Shown piece by piece: positions 43,212-54,856 of a stretch of DNA of 64,000 nucleotides. The notes beneath the pieces are model-generated. The model made no database searches, had not been told where the DNA came from, and was given only the letters and a program-made list of their open reading frames with translations. How positions within the stretch are numbered: the first letter of the stretch is position 1; each line of letters opens with the position of its first letter. The stretch is from an uncultured Candidatus Rokubacteria bacterium (lineage in GTDB: Bacteria > Methylomirabilota > Methylomirabilia > Rokubacteriales > CSP1-6), in the NCBI GenBank assembly GCA_963758635.1, contig CAVWWD010000003.1, positions 864,001 through 928,000 on the forward strand, given 5' to 3'. Made by a program: the position numbers and the translations under genes.

Positions 43212-43712
43212 TCAGAGCAGCTTTTCCATGATCAGGGTGTCCACCCAGCGATCGTCCAGCCGGCCCATCTCCCGGTACACGCCCACCCGCTGGAACCCCA
43301 TGCGCTCGTACAGGGCCACGCCGGCCCCGTTCCACGGGAACGCGGACAGCACGAGCTTGTGGTAGCCGAGCGCGCGGCCGGCCTCGATCAGGCGCTCGAG
43401 GAGGCGGCGCCCCACGCCGCGGCCCCGCCACGCGCGCTCGACGTACACGGAAAAATCCGCCACGTGGTCATAGGCGGGACGGGGGTTGAACGAGTTGAGG
43501 CTGGCCCAGCCCACGACCGGCCCGTCGGCCACCGCGACGAGCACGGGATGGCGCGGGCCCCGGGCGGCCAGCCACGCTCGGCGCTCGTCGGGCGTGCGGA
43601 GCTCAGTCTCGAGCGTGGCGATCCGGTCCTCGATGCCCTGGTTGTAGATCTCGCAGATCGCCGCGGCGTCCGCCGCGACGGCGTCACGGACCACGAGGTC
43701 GGTCTTCGACAT
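43212..43712 (-). CDS. GNAT N-acetyltransferase (phosphinothricin/arsinothricin acetyltransferase-like)
   Basis: IYNQGIEDRIATLE, SVYVERAWRGRGVG and LYERMGF. Confidence 0.88.
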   Translation of the reverse strand: MSKTDLVVRDAVAADAAAICEIYNQGIEDRIATLETELRTPDERRAWLAARGPRHPVLVAVADGPVVGWASLNSFNPRPAYDHVADFSVYVERAWRGRGVGRRLLERLIEAGRALGYHKLVLSAFPWNGAGVALYERMGFQRVGVYREMGRLDDRWVDTLIMEKLL

Positions 43713-43832
43713 GAGCCGCTGCGCCTCCACGGTGAGATGCTCCGGTATAATGCCAGCCGTGCTCGACGGCAAGCCTTCACTCATGCGACGCGCAAGGAGT
43801 TCGTCCGACCCGGCCGCCCCGCTGGTGCCCCG

Positions 43833-44825
43833 ATGAAGCCCCTCGTGGTGGTCGGCGGGGCCATCCACGCCGACGGGATCGCGCTGCTCGAGACCGAGGC
43901 CCGCGTGACCGTGATCGATCGGGCCACCGAGGCGCAGATGATCGGGGTGGCCAGGGACGCCGCGGGCATCCTGTTCATCCTCGAGCCCCCGTGCACCCGC
44001 TCGCTGATGGCCGCGTGCCCGTCGCTCCGGGTCGTGGGGCGTCATGGGGTGGGCCTCGACACCGTGGACCTGCCCGCCGCCACCGACCTCGGCATCGCCG
44101 TGGTCCACGCGCCGGGGTCGAACTCCGACTCGGTGGCCGAGCACGCCATGATGCTCATCCTGGGCGCGGTGAAGAACGTGGTGGTGGTGGACCGGCTCAC
44201 CCGGAAGTCCGACTGGTCGGAGGCCCGCTGGCGGGGCAACTTCGAGGTCCGGGGCAAGACCCTCGGCATCGTCGGCGTGGGGAACATCGGCCGCCGGGTC
44301 GCGCGCATGGCCGCGGCCTTCGGCATGCGGGTGATCGGCTACGATCCCTACCTGCCCGCCGCCGAGCTCGCCGCCCGCGGCGCCGAGCCGATGGCGAGCC
44401 TGGCCGCCCTCCTCGGCCAGGCCGACGTGATCACGTGCCACACGCCGCACACGCCCGAGACCCACCACATGATCGACGCCACCGCGGTGCAGCGGATGAA
44501 GGACGGCGTGGTCTTCGTCAACACCTCCCGCGGCAAGGTGCAGGACGAGGCGGCGCTCCTCGCCGGCCTCAAGAGCGGCAAGATCGCGCGCGCGGGGCTC
44601 GACGTGTTCGAGGAGGAGCCGATCTCGTCGGACAGCGAGCTCCTCCACCAGGACAACGTGATCGTCACCTCGCACCTGGCCGGCGTGACCGGCGAGAGCA
44701 TGCGCGGGATGGCGCTCCAGGTCACGGGGGAGATGCTGCGCCTGCTGCGGGGCGAGCGTCCCCACGTGGTGGCGAACGCGGACGTGCTCGCCACGCTGAC
44801 CCACCTCGTGCCCCCCACGCGATGA
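43833..44825 (+). CDS. D-2-hydroxyacid dehydrogenase
   Basis: RHGVGLD, GVGNIG, NTSRG, LDVFEEEP and SHLAG; perfect TATAAT at 43746-43751. Confidence 0.9.
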   Translation: MKPLVVVGGAIHADGIALLETEARVTVIDRATEAQMIGVARDAAGILFILEPPCTRSLMAACPSLRVVGRHGVGLDTVDLPAATDLGIAVVHAPGSNSDSVAEHAMMLILGAVKNVVVVDRLTRKSDWSEARWRGNFEVRGKTLGIVGVGNIGRRVARMAAAFGMRVIGYDPYLPAAELAARGAEPMASLAALLGQADVITCHTPHTPETHHMIDATAVQRMKDGVVFVNTSRGKVQDEAALLAGLKSGKIARAGLDVFEEEPISSDSELLHQDNVIVTSHLAGVTGESMRGMALQVTGEMLRLLRGERPHVVANADVLATLTHLVPPTR

Positions 44826-44921
44826 GGTCGCACATGAGTGACGAGCCGGCGCTGCGCGTGGACGCGGAATCGCGGTATCGGCCCGCATGGCGAAGTCGAA
44901 TTCCGGAGTCCTTCACACCCT
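44824..44921 (+). mobile_element. About 98-bp MITE-like repeat, family B copy 1
   Basis: Aligns by eye with 59240-59338 (reverse) and 60636-60718. Confidence 0.6.
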
Positions 44922-44937
44922 CGACGAGGAGTCCGCG

Positions 44938-45726
44938 ATGCCGATAGATCCTCGCCATCCCAAGGAGATCCGCGCCGACATCCGCCGGGGCGCGCTCACC
45001 GGCGTCACCGCCGGCCTCGCCCCCGGGTTCGTGCAGGCGAACCTCGCGATCCTCCCGAGGGACGCGGCGTACGATTTCCTCCTCTTCTGCCAGCGGAACC
45101 CGCGTCCCTGTCCCCTGATCGAGGTGACCGACGTGGGCTCGCCGGAGCCGGTGGGCGTCGCCCCGGGGGCCGACCTGCGCACGGACCTGCCGAAGTACCG
45201 CATCTACAAGGACGGCGTCCTCGCCGACGAGGTCACCGACCTCACGCCGTTCTGGCGCGACGACCTCGTGTCGTTCCTCCTCGGCTGCTCGTTCACGTTC
45301 GAGTGGGCGCTGCTCGACGCCGGCATCCCGCTGCGCCACATCGACACGGGCAAGAACGTGGCGATGTGGAAGACGTCCATCGACTGCCGGCCCGCCGGCC
45401 GCTTTCACGGGCCGATGGTCGTGTCCATGCGCCCCATCCCGCAGGCGATGCTGCCCAAGGCGGTGACGGCCTCCGCGCGCTTCCCGGGCGCCCACGGCGC
45501 GCCCATCCACATGGGCGACCCGGCCGCGATCGGCATCGCCGACGTGGACCGGCCGGACTGGGGCGACTCGGTCGGCGTGCGCGCCGGCGAGGTTCCCGTG
45601 TTCTGGGCCTGCGGCGTGACCCCGCAGGCGGTGGCGCTGGCGTCGAAGCCGTCGTTCATGATGACCCACAGCCCCGGCCACATGTTCATCACCGATGTCC
45701 CGAACCACGCGCTGTCGGTGATGTGA
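44938..45726 (+). CDS. DUF1445 putative hydro-lyase / D-glutamate cyclase family
   Basis: QANL, FCQRNPRPCP, GCSFTFE, FWACGVTPQ and HSPGHMFITD. Confidence 0.88.
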   Translation: MPIDPRHPKEIRADIRRGALTGVTAGLAPGFVQANLAILPRDAAYDFLLFCQRNPRPCPLIEVTDVGSPEPVGVAPGADLRTDLPKYRIYKDGVLADEVTDLTPFWRDDLVSFLLGCSFTFEWALLDAGIPLRHIDTGKNVAMWKTSIDCRPAGRFHGPMVVSMRPIPQAMLPKAVTASARFPGAHGAPIHMGDPAAIGIADVDRPDWGDSVGVRAGEVPVFWACGVTPQAVALASKPSFMMTHSPGHMFITDVPNHALSVM

Positions 45727-45777
45727 CATGGGCAACGCGCAGCGGTTCTCCGTTCCCGCCTGAGCGGGCCAACCGCC

Positions 45778-46539
45778 GTGGGCCTCTACGCCGAGCCGCG
45801 CCTGGCCCCGTGCGGCGACCTCGCCGTGGCCGTGGAGCTGGGCGACGAGATCAGCCGCGAGGTCAACGAGCGCGTCCTCGCCCTCGACTCGTTGATCGCC
45901 ACGCGGGCCGTCCCCGGCATCGTCGAGACCGTCCCGAGCTTCCGCTCGCTCCTGGTCTACTACGAGCCGCGGGTCGTGTCGCACCAGGCCTTGGCCGCCA
46001 CGCTCCGCGCCCTCGCCGCGGAGGCGGGCGCGGCGCCGCCGGCGGCGGCGCGGACGGTCGAGCTCCCGTGCTGCTACGGCGGCGAGCTGGGCTTCGAGCT
46101 GGCCGCGGCGGCCAGGCGCCTGGGCCTCGCCGAGGACGAGGTGGCCCGCCTGCACGCGACGGCCGACTACCACGTCTACTTCGTGGGGTTCACGCCGGGG
46201 CTCCCGTACCTGGCGGGCATGCCCGACGCGCTGGCGATCCCGCGGCTCGAGACCCCGCGCACCCGCACGCCTCCGGGCAGCGTGTCCATCGGCGGCTCGC
46301 AGTGCTGCATCTACTCGGTGGAGAGCCCGGGCGGGTTCTGGGTGCTCGGGCGGACGCCGCTGCGGCTCTACGACCCGCGTGCCGCCGACCCGATCCTGCT
46401 CCGCGCGGGGGACCGCGTGCGCTTCCGCGCGATCGATCGAGCGGAGTTCGACGCGATCGCCGCCGCCGTGGCCGCGGGCGAGTTCCGGCCCCTCATTGGG
46501 GCGACCCCAGGAGAGACCCGGGGGGAGGCCCGGCCCTGA
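45778..46539 (+). CDS. pxpB: 5-oxoprolinase subunit B
   Basis: VPSFRSLLV, GFTPGLPYL and SPGGFWVLGRTP. Confidence 0.88.
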   Translation: MGLYAEPRLAPCGDLAVAVELGDEISREVNERVLALDSLIATRAVPGIVETVPSFRSLLVYYEPRVVSHQALAATLRALAAEAGAAPPAAARTVELPCCYGGELGFELAAAARRLGLAEDEVARLHATADYHVYFVGFTPGLPYLAGMPDALAIPRLETPRTRTPPGSVSIGGSQCCIYSVESPGGFWVLGRTPLRLYDPRAADPILLRAGDRVRFRAIDRAEFDAIAAAVAAGEFRPLIGATPGETRGEARP

Positions 46540-47480
46540 GCGAGGCGCGCGTGGTCGTGCGGGAGGCCGGGCCTCTCACCACGGTGCAGGATCTCGGGCG
46601 GCTCGGCCACCTCCGTGTCGGCATCCCGCCCTCGGGTCCGGTGGACCGCGCGGCCTTCCTCCTCGCCAACCGTCTCGTGGGGAATCCCGACGGTGCCGGC
46701 GGCCTCGAGTGCACGCTGGTCGGCCCGCGGCTCGAGTTCGCGGACGACCGCGTGGTCGCGGTGACGGGCGCGGAGATGCCGGTCAGCCTGAACGGAACGG
46801 AGGCGCCGCGCTGGACGTCGGTCGCGGTGCGGGCGGGCGACGTCCTGCGTCTCGGCCCCGCGCGCGCGGGCGCGCGCGCGTACGTCGCCGTGTCGGGCGG
46901 GATCCAGACGCCGCTGGCCCTCGGCTCGCGCTCGACCTACGTGCGCGGGCAGCTGGGCGGCCTCGACGGCCGGGCTCTGCGCACTGGTGATACCCTGCCC
47001 CTGGGCCCGGCGGGCGTGAGCCGGCCGTCGCGCGTGCGGCGCGACCGCATCCCCGACTACGCAGCGCCGCTCGAAGCGCGGGTGGTGCTGGGACCCCAGG
47101 ACGACCGCTTCACGGCGGCGGGCATCGCCGCCTTTCTCGATGGCGTGTACGAGATGCTGCCGCAATCGGACCGCATGGGCGCCCGCTTCCGCGGGCCGCG
47201 CATCGAGCACGCGCGCGGCCACGACATCATGTCCGACGGCATCGCGCTCGGCGGCATCCAGGTGGTGGGCGACGGCCAGCCCATCGTGCTCCTCGTGGAC
47301 CGGCAGTCGACCGGCGGCTACACGAAGATCGCCACCGTCTGCTCCTTCGACGTCGACCGCGTCGGGCAGCTCAAGCCCGGCCAGCCGATCCGCTTCCGGC
47401 GGATCGGCGTCGCCGACGCCCACGCCCTCCTCGCCGCCCGTCGCCGCGACCTGGACGACGCGATGGAGCCGGCGGAGTGA
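46536..47480 (+). CDS. pxpC: 5-oxoprolinase subunit C
   Basis: TTVQDLGR, ANRLVGN, SDRMG and QSTGGYTKI; start is either CTG 46536 or GTG 46551. Confidence 0.88.
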   Translation: MSEARVVVREAGPLTTVQDLGRLGHLRVGIPPSGPVDRAAFLLANRLVGNPDGAGGLECTLVGPRLEFADDRVVAVTGAEMPVSLNGTEAPRWTSVAVRAGDVLRLGPARAGARAYVAVSGGIQTPLALGSRSTYVRGQLGGLDGRALRTGDTLPLGPAGVSRPSRVRRDRIPDYAAPLEARVVLGPQDDRFTAAGIAAFLDGVYEMLPQSDRMGARFRGPRIEHARGHDIMSDGIALGGIQVVGDGQPIVLLVDRQSTGGYTKIATVCSFDVDRVGQLKPGQPIRFRRIGVADAHALLAARRRDLDDAMEPAE

Positions 47481-47538
47481 CGGGTCGCGCGGGGCCACCG
47501 TCGCGGCCGGACCGGCGAGGGAAGGGAAGCGGCGCGGC

Positions 47539-48369
47539 ATGACCCGGCGGCTCGTGATCTGGCTGGCTCTCGGCGCCATCGTCGCGGGATGCGCGCCGGC
47601 GGCCGGGCCCGCGCTCGTGCGTGTCGAGCGCATGACCGCGCCCCCGCTGCCCGCCGACCCGAGCGACGAGCGCCTGCTGTCCACGGTGTCGTGGGCCCTC
47701 ACCCAGCGCCTCGGCCTGCCGCTGTCGCTGCCCGTGCACGTGCACTTCTACCCGAGCCAGGCCGAGTTCGAGCGCGCCCTCACCGCGGAGGCCCGCAGCG
47801 ACAACCCGCTCGTCAAGGACCAGGCGCGCTACGCCACCGGCGTGGGCACGGCGAACGGCATCCACCTGCGCGGCGACCGGCTCGCGTCCGTTCCCCTCGA
47901 GGTCCGCGTGGCGCTCTTCGCCCACGAGCTCACCCACGTGAGCCAGTACGAGCTGGCGGGCGGCCGGCGGGCCACGTCGGAGCAGTGGCTGCGCGAGGGC
48001 TTCGCCGACTGGGTGCAGTTCCGCGCCACGGATCTCCTGTCCATCCGTCCCTACGCGGAGTCGCGGCGGCGCGTGGTCGAGTTCGTGCGACGCGGCGGCC
48101 CGGCGGACCGCTTCCCCTCTCTCGGCCTGCTCGTCAGCAACCGGCAGTGGATCCTCGCCCGCACCGAGCTGGGGAGCGCCGCCACCTACGGCCAGGCGTT
48201 CCTCGCCACGGACTGGCTCATCGAGCGCCACGGCAGCGACCGCGTCGTGGAGTACTTCCGGCGATTCGCCTCGGTGGACGATCGCGCGAGGAACTTCCGG
48301 GCGGCGTTCGGTCGTCCGCCCGGGGAGTTCGCCCAGGAGTTCCGGGCGCGCCTCGCCTCGCTGCTCTGA
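47539..48369 (+). CDS. Lipoprotein with HExxH zinc-peptidase (MA-like) motif
   Basis: Lipobox VAGC; AHELTH followed by WLREGFADW. Confidence 0.7.
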   Translation: MTRRLVIWLALGAIVAGCAPAAGPALVRVERMTAPPLPADPSDERLLSTVSWALTQRLGLPLSLPVHVHFYPSQAEFERALTAEARSDNPLVKDQARYATGVGTANGIHLRGDRLASVPLEVRVALFAHELTHVSQYELAGGRRATSEQWLREGFADWVQFRATDLLSIRPYAESRRRVVEFVRRGGPADRFPSLGLLVSNRQWILARTELGSAATYGQAFLATDWLIERHGSDRVVEYFRRFASVDDRARNFRAAFGRPPGEFAQEFRARLASLL

Positions 48370-48409
48370 TGGGTATCGTCCGCGCCGTCACGCGCGTGCG
48401 CCGGCCACC

Positions 48410-49114
48410 GTGCCGACGATCCTGACCCACGCGGTGGTTGCGGTCGGGCTGGCACGGCTCCTGCCAAAGCCGTTGCCCGTGGCCGCGTCGCTCCTGGGCG
48501 CCGGCGTGGCGATCCTGCCCGACGTGGACGTCCTCGCCTGGCCCCTCGGCCTCGCCCGCGACTCCGCGTGGGCGCACCGGGGCCTCACGCATTCGCTTCC
48601 CGCCGCCGCGGTGACGGCGGCCGCGCTGGCGCTCGCGGCGCGGCGGTGGATCGGCGTCGGGACGCCGCTCCTCGCCGCGTACCTCCTGGCCGCGATGGCC
48701 TCCCACGGCCTGCTCGACGCCGCCACCAACGGCGGCTGGGGCGTGGCCTTCTGGGCGCCCTTCGACATGGAGCGCCACTTCTTCACGTGGCGTCCCGTGG
48801 AGGTGTCGCCGGTCGGGTGGAGCTTCGTCGGCCGCCGGGGCCTCGCGGTGCTGTGGAGCGAGCTCCGGTGGATCTGGCTCCCTCTCGCCGCCGTGATCAC
48901 GACCGTGGAGGTCGTGCGAAGCGAGCCGAAGGCAGTGGCAGTGCGCAGCGAGCCGAAGGCGAGTGGCAGTGCGAAGCGAGCCGAAGGCGAGCGGAGCGAA
49001 CAAGGAAATGCCGTGGAAACAACCGCCGACCGACAACCGCTGACCGACCACCGCCGACGGACCGCACCTGACCGCGGGCGCGCGCGGATTGCGGCCTCCG
49101 AAGGGCTCGATTAA
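48410..49114 (+). CDS. Membrane metal-dependent hydrolase (YdjM-like); C-terminus extended through repeats
   Basis: LPDVD, HRGLTHS and SHGLLDA. Confidence 0.85.
   Translation: MPTILTHAVVAVGLARLLPKPLPVAASLLGAGVAILPDVDVLAWPLGLARDSAWAHRGLTHSLPAAAVTAAALALAARRWIGVGTPLLAAYLLAAMASHGLLDAATNGGWGVAFWAPFDMERHFFTWRPVEVSPVGWSFVGRRGLAVLWSELRWIWLPLAAVITTVEVVRSEPKAVAVRSEPKASGSAKRAEGERSEQGNAVETTADRQPLTDHRRRTAPDRGRARIAASEGLD
48914..49026 (+). repeat. Three tandem 27-28 bp units ending in family C copy 2
   Basis: GTGCG(A/C)AGCGAGCCGAAGGC at 48914, 48941 and 48969. Confidence 0.85.
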
Positions 49115-49117
49115 GAT
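49089..49117 (+). promoter_or_regulatory. sigma70 promoter for the gcv operon
   Basis: TTGCGG-N17-TAAGAT. Confidence 0.5.
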
Positions 49118-49140
49118 GTGTGGGGCCTTCCAAGGACTCG

Positions 49141-50259
<1,119 letters not shown>

Positions 50260-50270
50260 GAGCGCATCCG

Positions 50271-50663
50271 ATGGCGAACGTTCCGGCCGACCTGCGGTAC
50301 ACCCGCGAGCACGAGTGGGCGAAGGTGGAGGGTGACCGCGCCCGCATCGGGATCACCGACTTCGCGCAGAAGGAGCTCGGCGACGTGGTCTTCGTCGAGC
50401 TGCCCAAGGTGGGCGCGAAGGTCACCGCCCTGACGACGTTCGGGGTGGTGGAGTCGGTGAAGGCCGTCTCCGATCTCTACGCGCCGCTCTCCGGCGAGAT
50501 CGCGGAGGTCAACGCGGATCTCGCCAAGACCCCGGAGCTGGTCAACAGCGACCCCTACGGGGCGGGCTGGATGGTCGTGGTCACGCTCTCGAAGCCGGCG
50601 GAGACGGGCGAGCTGATGACCGCCGACGCCTACCGCCAGCTCATCGAAGGCGCGGGGCACTGA
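50271..50663 (+). CDS. gcvH: Glycine cleavage system H protein
   Basis: HEW and the VESVKAVSD lipoyl-lysine motif. Confidence 0.96.
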   Translation: MANVPADLRYTREHEWAKVEGDRARIGITDFAQKELGDVVFVELPKVGAKVTALTTFGVVESVKAVSDLYAPLSGEIAEVNADLAKTPELVNSDPYGAGWMVVVTLSKPAETGELMTADAYRQLIEGAGH

Positions 50664-50676
50664 GGGGCTCACTCGC

Positions 50677-52020
50677 GTGCGCTACATCTCGAACACCCCG
50701 GCCCAGCAGCGCGAGATGCTCGCCACGATCGGGGCGGCGAGCATCGAGGACCTGCTCGCGGCGATCCCGCCGAAGGCCCGGCTGTCGCGGCCGCTGGCCC
50801 TGCCCGCGGCGATGGCCGAGACCGACCTCGTGCGCCACCTCCGCGCGCTCGCCGGGAAGAACGCCGACGCGAACGACCACGCGTGCTTCCTGGGCGCCGG
50901 CGCCTACGACCACGCGGCGCCGAGCCCCATCGACCACCTCGTCCTGCGCGGCGAGTTCTTCACCGCGTACACGCCGTACCAGCCGGAGGCGAGCCAGGGC
51001 ACGCTCCGCACCATCTTCGAGTACCAGACCATGATGGCGGAGCTGACGGGCATGGACGTGGCCAACGCGTCCCTCTACGACGCGGCGTCGTCCCTGGCCG
51101 AGGCCGCCCTCATGGCGCACTCGGCGACGGGGCGCGGCGAGGTGGCGCTGTCCCGCGGAGTGAATCCGCTCTACCGCCAGGTCGTCGAGACGTACGGCGA
51201 GGGGCCCGCGCTCCGCGTGCGAACCGTCCCCATCGGCGACGGCGTCACCGACCTCGAGGCGCTCGCGAAGGTCGTCTCCGAGCGGACCGCCGCCGTCGTC
51301 GTCCAGTACCCGAACTTCTTCGGCTGCCTCGAGGACGTGCGCGCGGCGGGGGAGATCGCCCACGCCGCCGGCGCGCTCCTCGTGGTCGTCGCGGACCCCG
51401 TGAACCTCGGCCTGCTCACCCCGCCCGGCGCCTTCGGCGCCGACATCGTCGTGGGCGAGGGGCAGGGGCTGGGCGTGCCGCTGTCCTTCGGCGGGCCGTA
51501 CCTGGGCGTCTTCGCCGCGCGGCAGGAGCTGGTCCGGCGCATGCCCGGCCGCCTCGTCGGCGCCACCGTGGACCGCGACGGGCAGCGCGGCTTCGTGCTC
51601 ACGCTGCAGACCCGCGAGCAGCACATCCGGCGCGACAAGGCCACCTCGAACATCTGCACGAACGTGGCGCTCTGCGCGCTGATGGCCACGATCTACGTGG
51701 CCATCCTCGGCAAGCAGGGGCTCCGGCGCGTCGGCGAGCTGTCCCTCGCCAAGGCCCACTACGCGGCCGGGGAGCTCGCGCGCATCCCCGGCGTGCGGCT
51801 CCGCTACGGCGCGCCGTTCTTCAAGGAGTTCACGCTGGACCTGCCGAAGGCGCCCGAGCGTGTGGCCAAGCGTCTGCTCCGCGACCGCATCCTCGCCGGC
51901 GTGCCCCTGAAGGCGTTCGACCGCACGCTCAAGAGCGCGCTCCTCGTGGCCGTGACCGAGCGGCGCACGCGCGAGGAGATCGACGCCCTCGTCGCGGGCG
52001 TCGGCCGCGCGGTGGCCTGA
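50677..52020 (+). CDS. gcvPA: Glycine dehydrogenase subunit 1
   Basis: TAYTPYQPEASQG and REQHIRRDKATSNICTN. Confidence 0.96.
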   Translation: MRYISNTPAQQREMLATIGAASIEDLLAAIPPKARLSRPLALPAAMAETDLVRHLRALAGKNADANDHACFLGAGAYDHAAPSPIDHLVLRGEFFTAYTPYQPEASQGTLRTIFEYQTMMAELTGMDVANASLYDAASSLAEAALMAHSATGRGEVALSRGVNPLYRQVVETYGEGPALRVRTVPIGDGVTDLEALAKVVSERTAAVVVQYPNFFGCLEDVRAAGEIAHAAGALLVVVADPVNLGLLTPPGAFGADIVVGEGQGLGVPLSFGGPYLGVFAARQELVRRMPGRLVGATVDRDGQRGFVLTLQTREQHIRRDKATSNICTNVALCALMATIYVAILGKQGLRRVGELSLAKAHYAAGELARIPGVRLRYGAPFFKEFTLDLPKAPERVAKRLLRDRILAGVPLKAFDRTLKSALLVAVTERRTREEIDALVAGVGRAVA

Positions 52021-52023
52021 GCC

Positions 52024-53500
52024 ATGGCCGCCACGCGTCCGAGTTACGACAAGCTGATCTTCGAGCTGTCCGCGCCGGGGCGGTTCGCCCACTCGCTGCC
52101 CGCCGCCGACGTGCCGGTGACGGATCCCGCCGCGCTCCTGCCCGCCGCCTTCGTGCGGCCGGCCCCGCCCGAGCTGCCCGAGGTGTCCGAGGTGGACGTG
52201 GTCCGCCACTACTCGCGCCTGTCGCAGATGAACTACGGGCTCGACACGCACTTCTACCCGCTCGGCTCCTGCACGATGAAGTACAACCCGAAGATCAACG
52301 AGGACATGGCGCGCCTGCCCGGCTTCGCGCGGCTGCACCCGCTCACCCCCGCGGCGGCCGCGCAGGGCGCGCTCCAGGTCATGCACGAGCTGGCCCGGGA
52401 CCTCGCCGAGGTCTCGGGCATGGATCACGTCTCGCTCCAGCCCGCGGCGGGGGCGCAGGGCGAGCTGGCCGGCGTGCTGATGATCCGCGCCTGGCACCTC
52501 TCCCGCGGCGAGCGGCGCCACAAGGTCCTCGTCCCGGACTCCGCGCACGGCACCAACCCCGCCACCACCGCGCTCGCCGGCTTCCAGGTGGTCGAGCTCA
52601 CGTCCGAGGCGACCGGCGAGGTCGACCTCGGCGACCTCGAGAAGAATCTGTCCGAGGACGTGGCCGCGTTCATGATCACGCAGCCGAACACGCTCGGCAT
52701 GTTCGAGTCGCGGATCCACGCAGATCACCGAGATGTGCCACGCCCGCGGCGTCCAGGTGTACATGGACGGGGCGAACTTCAACGCGATCCTCGGCATCAC
52801 GCGCCCGGGCGACCTCGGCTTCGACGTGTGCCACTTCAACCTGCACAAGACGTTCACGACGCCGCACGGGGGCGGCGGGCCGGGCGCGGGCCCGGTGGGC
52901 GTGAAGGCGCACCTCGCGCCGTTCCTGCCCACGCCGGTCGTGGCGCAGCGCGCGGACGGCGCCTACGACCTCGACTGGCGACGGCCGCAGTCCATCGGCA
53001 AGCTCGTCACGTTCTGGGGCCACTTCGGCATGTTCGTGCGCGCCCTCGCCTACATCCGCACCATGGGCGGAGACGGGCTGCGCGCGGTGTCCGACAACGC
53101 CGTCCTCAACGCCAACTACGTGCTCCGGCGCCTCGAGGGCCACTACGACCGCTCGGCTCCCGGGCCGTGCATGCACGAGTGCGTCGTGTCGGCGCGGCGC
53201 CAGAAGAAGCTCGGCGTCACCGCCATGGACATCGCCAAGCGGCTCCTGGACCTGGGCTTCTACGCGCCCTCGACGTACTTCCCGCTGATCGTCGAGGAAG
53301 CGCTGATGATCGAGCCCACCGAGACGGAGTCCCGGGAGACCCTCGACGCGTTCTGTGACGCCCTGGTGCAGATCGCGCGCGAGGCCGAGACCGACCCCGC
53401 GGTCATCCACGAGGCTCCGGTGACCACGCCGGTGCGGCGGCTCGACCAGACGCTGGCCGCGCGGCGGCCGGTGCTGCGGTGGACGCCGCCCGCCCGGTGA
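52024..53500 (+). CDS. gcvPB: Glycine dehydrogenase subunit 2 (frameshift about 52720)
   Basis: [12 protein letters not shown] and SAHGTNPA; then [16 protein letters not shown] and IEPTETE in the second frame. Confidence 0.93.
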
Positions 53501-54352
53501 CGCGCTTCCGCCTGCTCGTCACGGAGCCCCTCGACGGCGCCTGGAACATGGCGCTGGACGAGGCGCTCCTCCAGAGCCGGCTCGACGGCGACGGGGCGCC
53601 CACGCTGCGGTTCTTCGGCTGGTCGCCCCCCACCGTGTCGCTCGGCTTCGGACAGCGCCTCGAAGCGCGGCATCGACCATGACGCCATCCGCCGTCTCGG
53701 ACTGGGGTTGGTCCGGCGGCCGACGGGTGGGAGCGCCATCCTCCACGAGGGCCCGGACCTCGAGCTGACCTACAGCGTGATCGCGGGCGCCGCCGACTTC
53801 CCCGGCGCCGACGACCTGCTGGGCACGTACCGCTGGATCGGCGACGGCCTCTGCGCGGGCCTCGCAGCGCTCGGCGCGCCGGTGGAGATGGTGCCGGCGC
53901 AGCCGTCCGATCCCGCGACGATGCCCGCCTTCTGCTTCGCGCGAACGGGCTCGTACGAGCTCGAGGTGGCGGGGAAGAAGCTCGTCGGCAGCGCCCAGCG
54001 CCGCCAGGGCCGCGCGTTCCTTCAGCACGGCGCCATCATGCTCGGCGCCGACCCGGCCCGGCTCCGCCAGGTGTTCACGGGGGCGGCCGATCCGCTCGGC
54101 GGCATGACCACGCTCGAGGCCGTGCTCGGCCGCCGCCCGACGTTCGGCGAGGTGGCGGAGAAGCTCGCCGAGGGCATGGCCTCCGCCCACGGCATCGAGG
54201 TCGCGCCGGGCGGGCTCTCCGAGCGCGAGATGGCGGTGGCCGCGGGGCTCGTGGACGGAAAGTACGGCGCCGCGGAGTGGACGCGCGCGGGGCGCGTCGT
54301 CACCGACCTCGCGCGCGTGTCCGCCGGCTCGGCGACCGAGGGCGCCCGATGA
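53497..54352 (+). CDS. Lipoate-protein ligase / LipM-like octanoyltransferase (frameshift about 53675)
   Basis: [34 protein letters not shown] and LQHG. Confidence 0.88.
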
Positions 54353-54822
54353 CCGACGCGCGGCGGGAATTCCCGGACGCGCCGCGCGTGGGCGTCGGCG
54401 GCGTCGTCCTGGACGACACGCGCGTGCTCCTCGTCCGGCGGGGCCGGCCGCCAGGCCAGGGGCGGTGGAGCATCCCCGGCGGGCTGGTGGGGCTGGGCGA
54501 GAGTCTCGAGGACGCGGTGGTGCGGGAGGTCGAGGAGGAGTCCGGCCTCCGCGTGCGCGTCCTCGGCCTGTGCGGCGTCATCGACCGCGTCATCCAGGAC
54601 GCCGACGCCGGCCGGGTCCGCTATCACTACGTCATCATCGACTATCTCTCCGTGGTCGAGGGCGGTCGCCTGTGCGCGGGGAGCGACGCCGCGGAGGCGC
54701 GCTGGGTCCCGGTGGACGCCCTCGGCGACTACGACATCACCGACGGGGTCGCGGACATGGTGCGGCGGGCCGTGCGCCTGCGCGCCGAGCTGTCACAGGC
54801 CTCCGCGGGAAAGGACAACTGA
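54349..54822 (+). CDS. NUDIX hydrolase
   Basis: Nudix box GGLVGLGESLEDAVVREVEEESGL. Confidence 0.92.
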   Translation: MTDARREFPDAPRVGVGGVVLDDTRVLLVRRGRPPGQGRWSIPGGLVGLGESLEDAVVREVEEESGLRVRVLGLCGVIDRVIQDADAGRVRYHYVIIDYLSVVEGGRLCAGSDAAEARWVPVDALGDYDITDGVADMVRRAVRLRAELSQASAGKDN

Positions 54823-54856
54823 TCATGAAGCTCTCTGTCGGAAGGGGACACCACTC

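Noticed and set aside
48914..48991. Possible CRISPR repeats
   Set aside because: The units abut with no unique spacers.
49027..49140. Glycine riboswitch before gcvT
   Set aside because: No recognisable aptamer motifs, and the predicted promoter leaves only a leader of about 20 nt.
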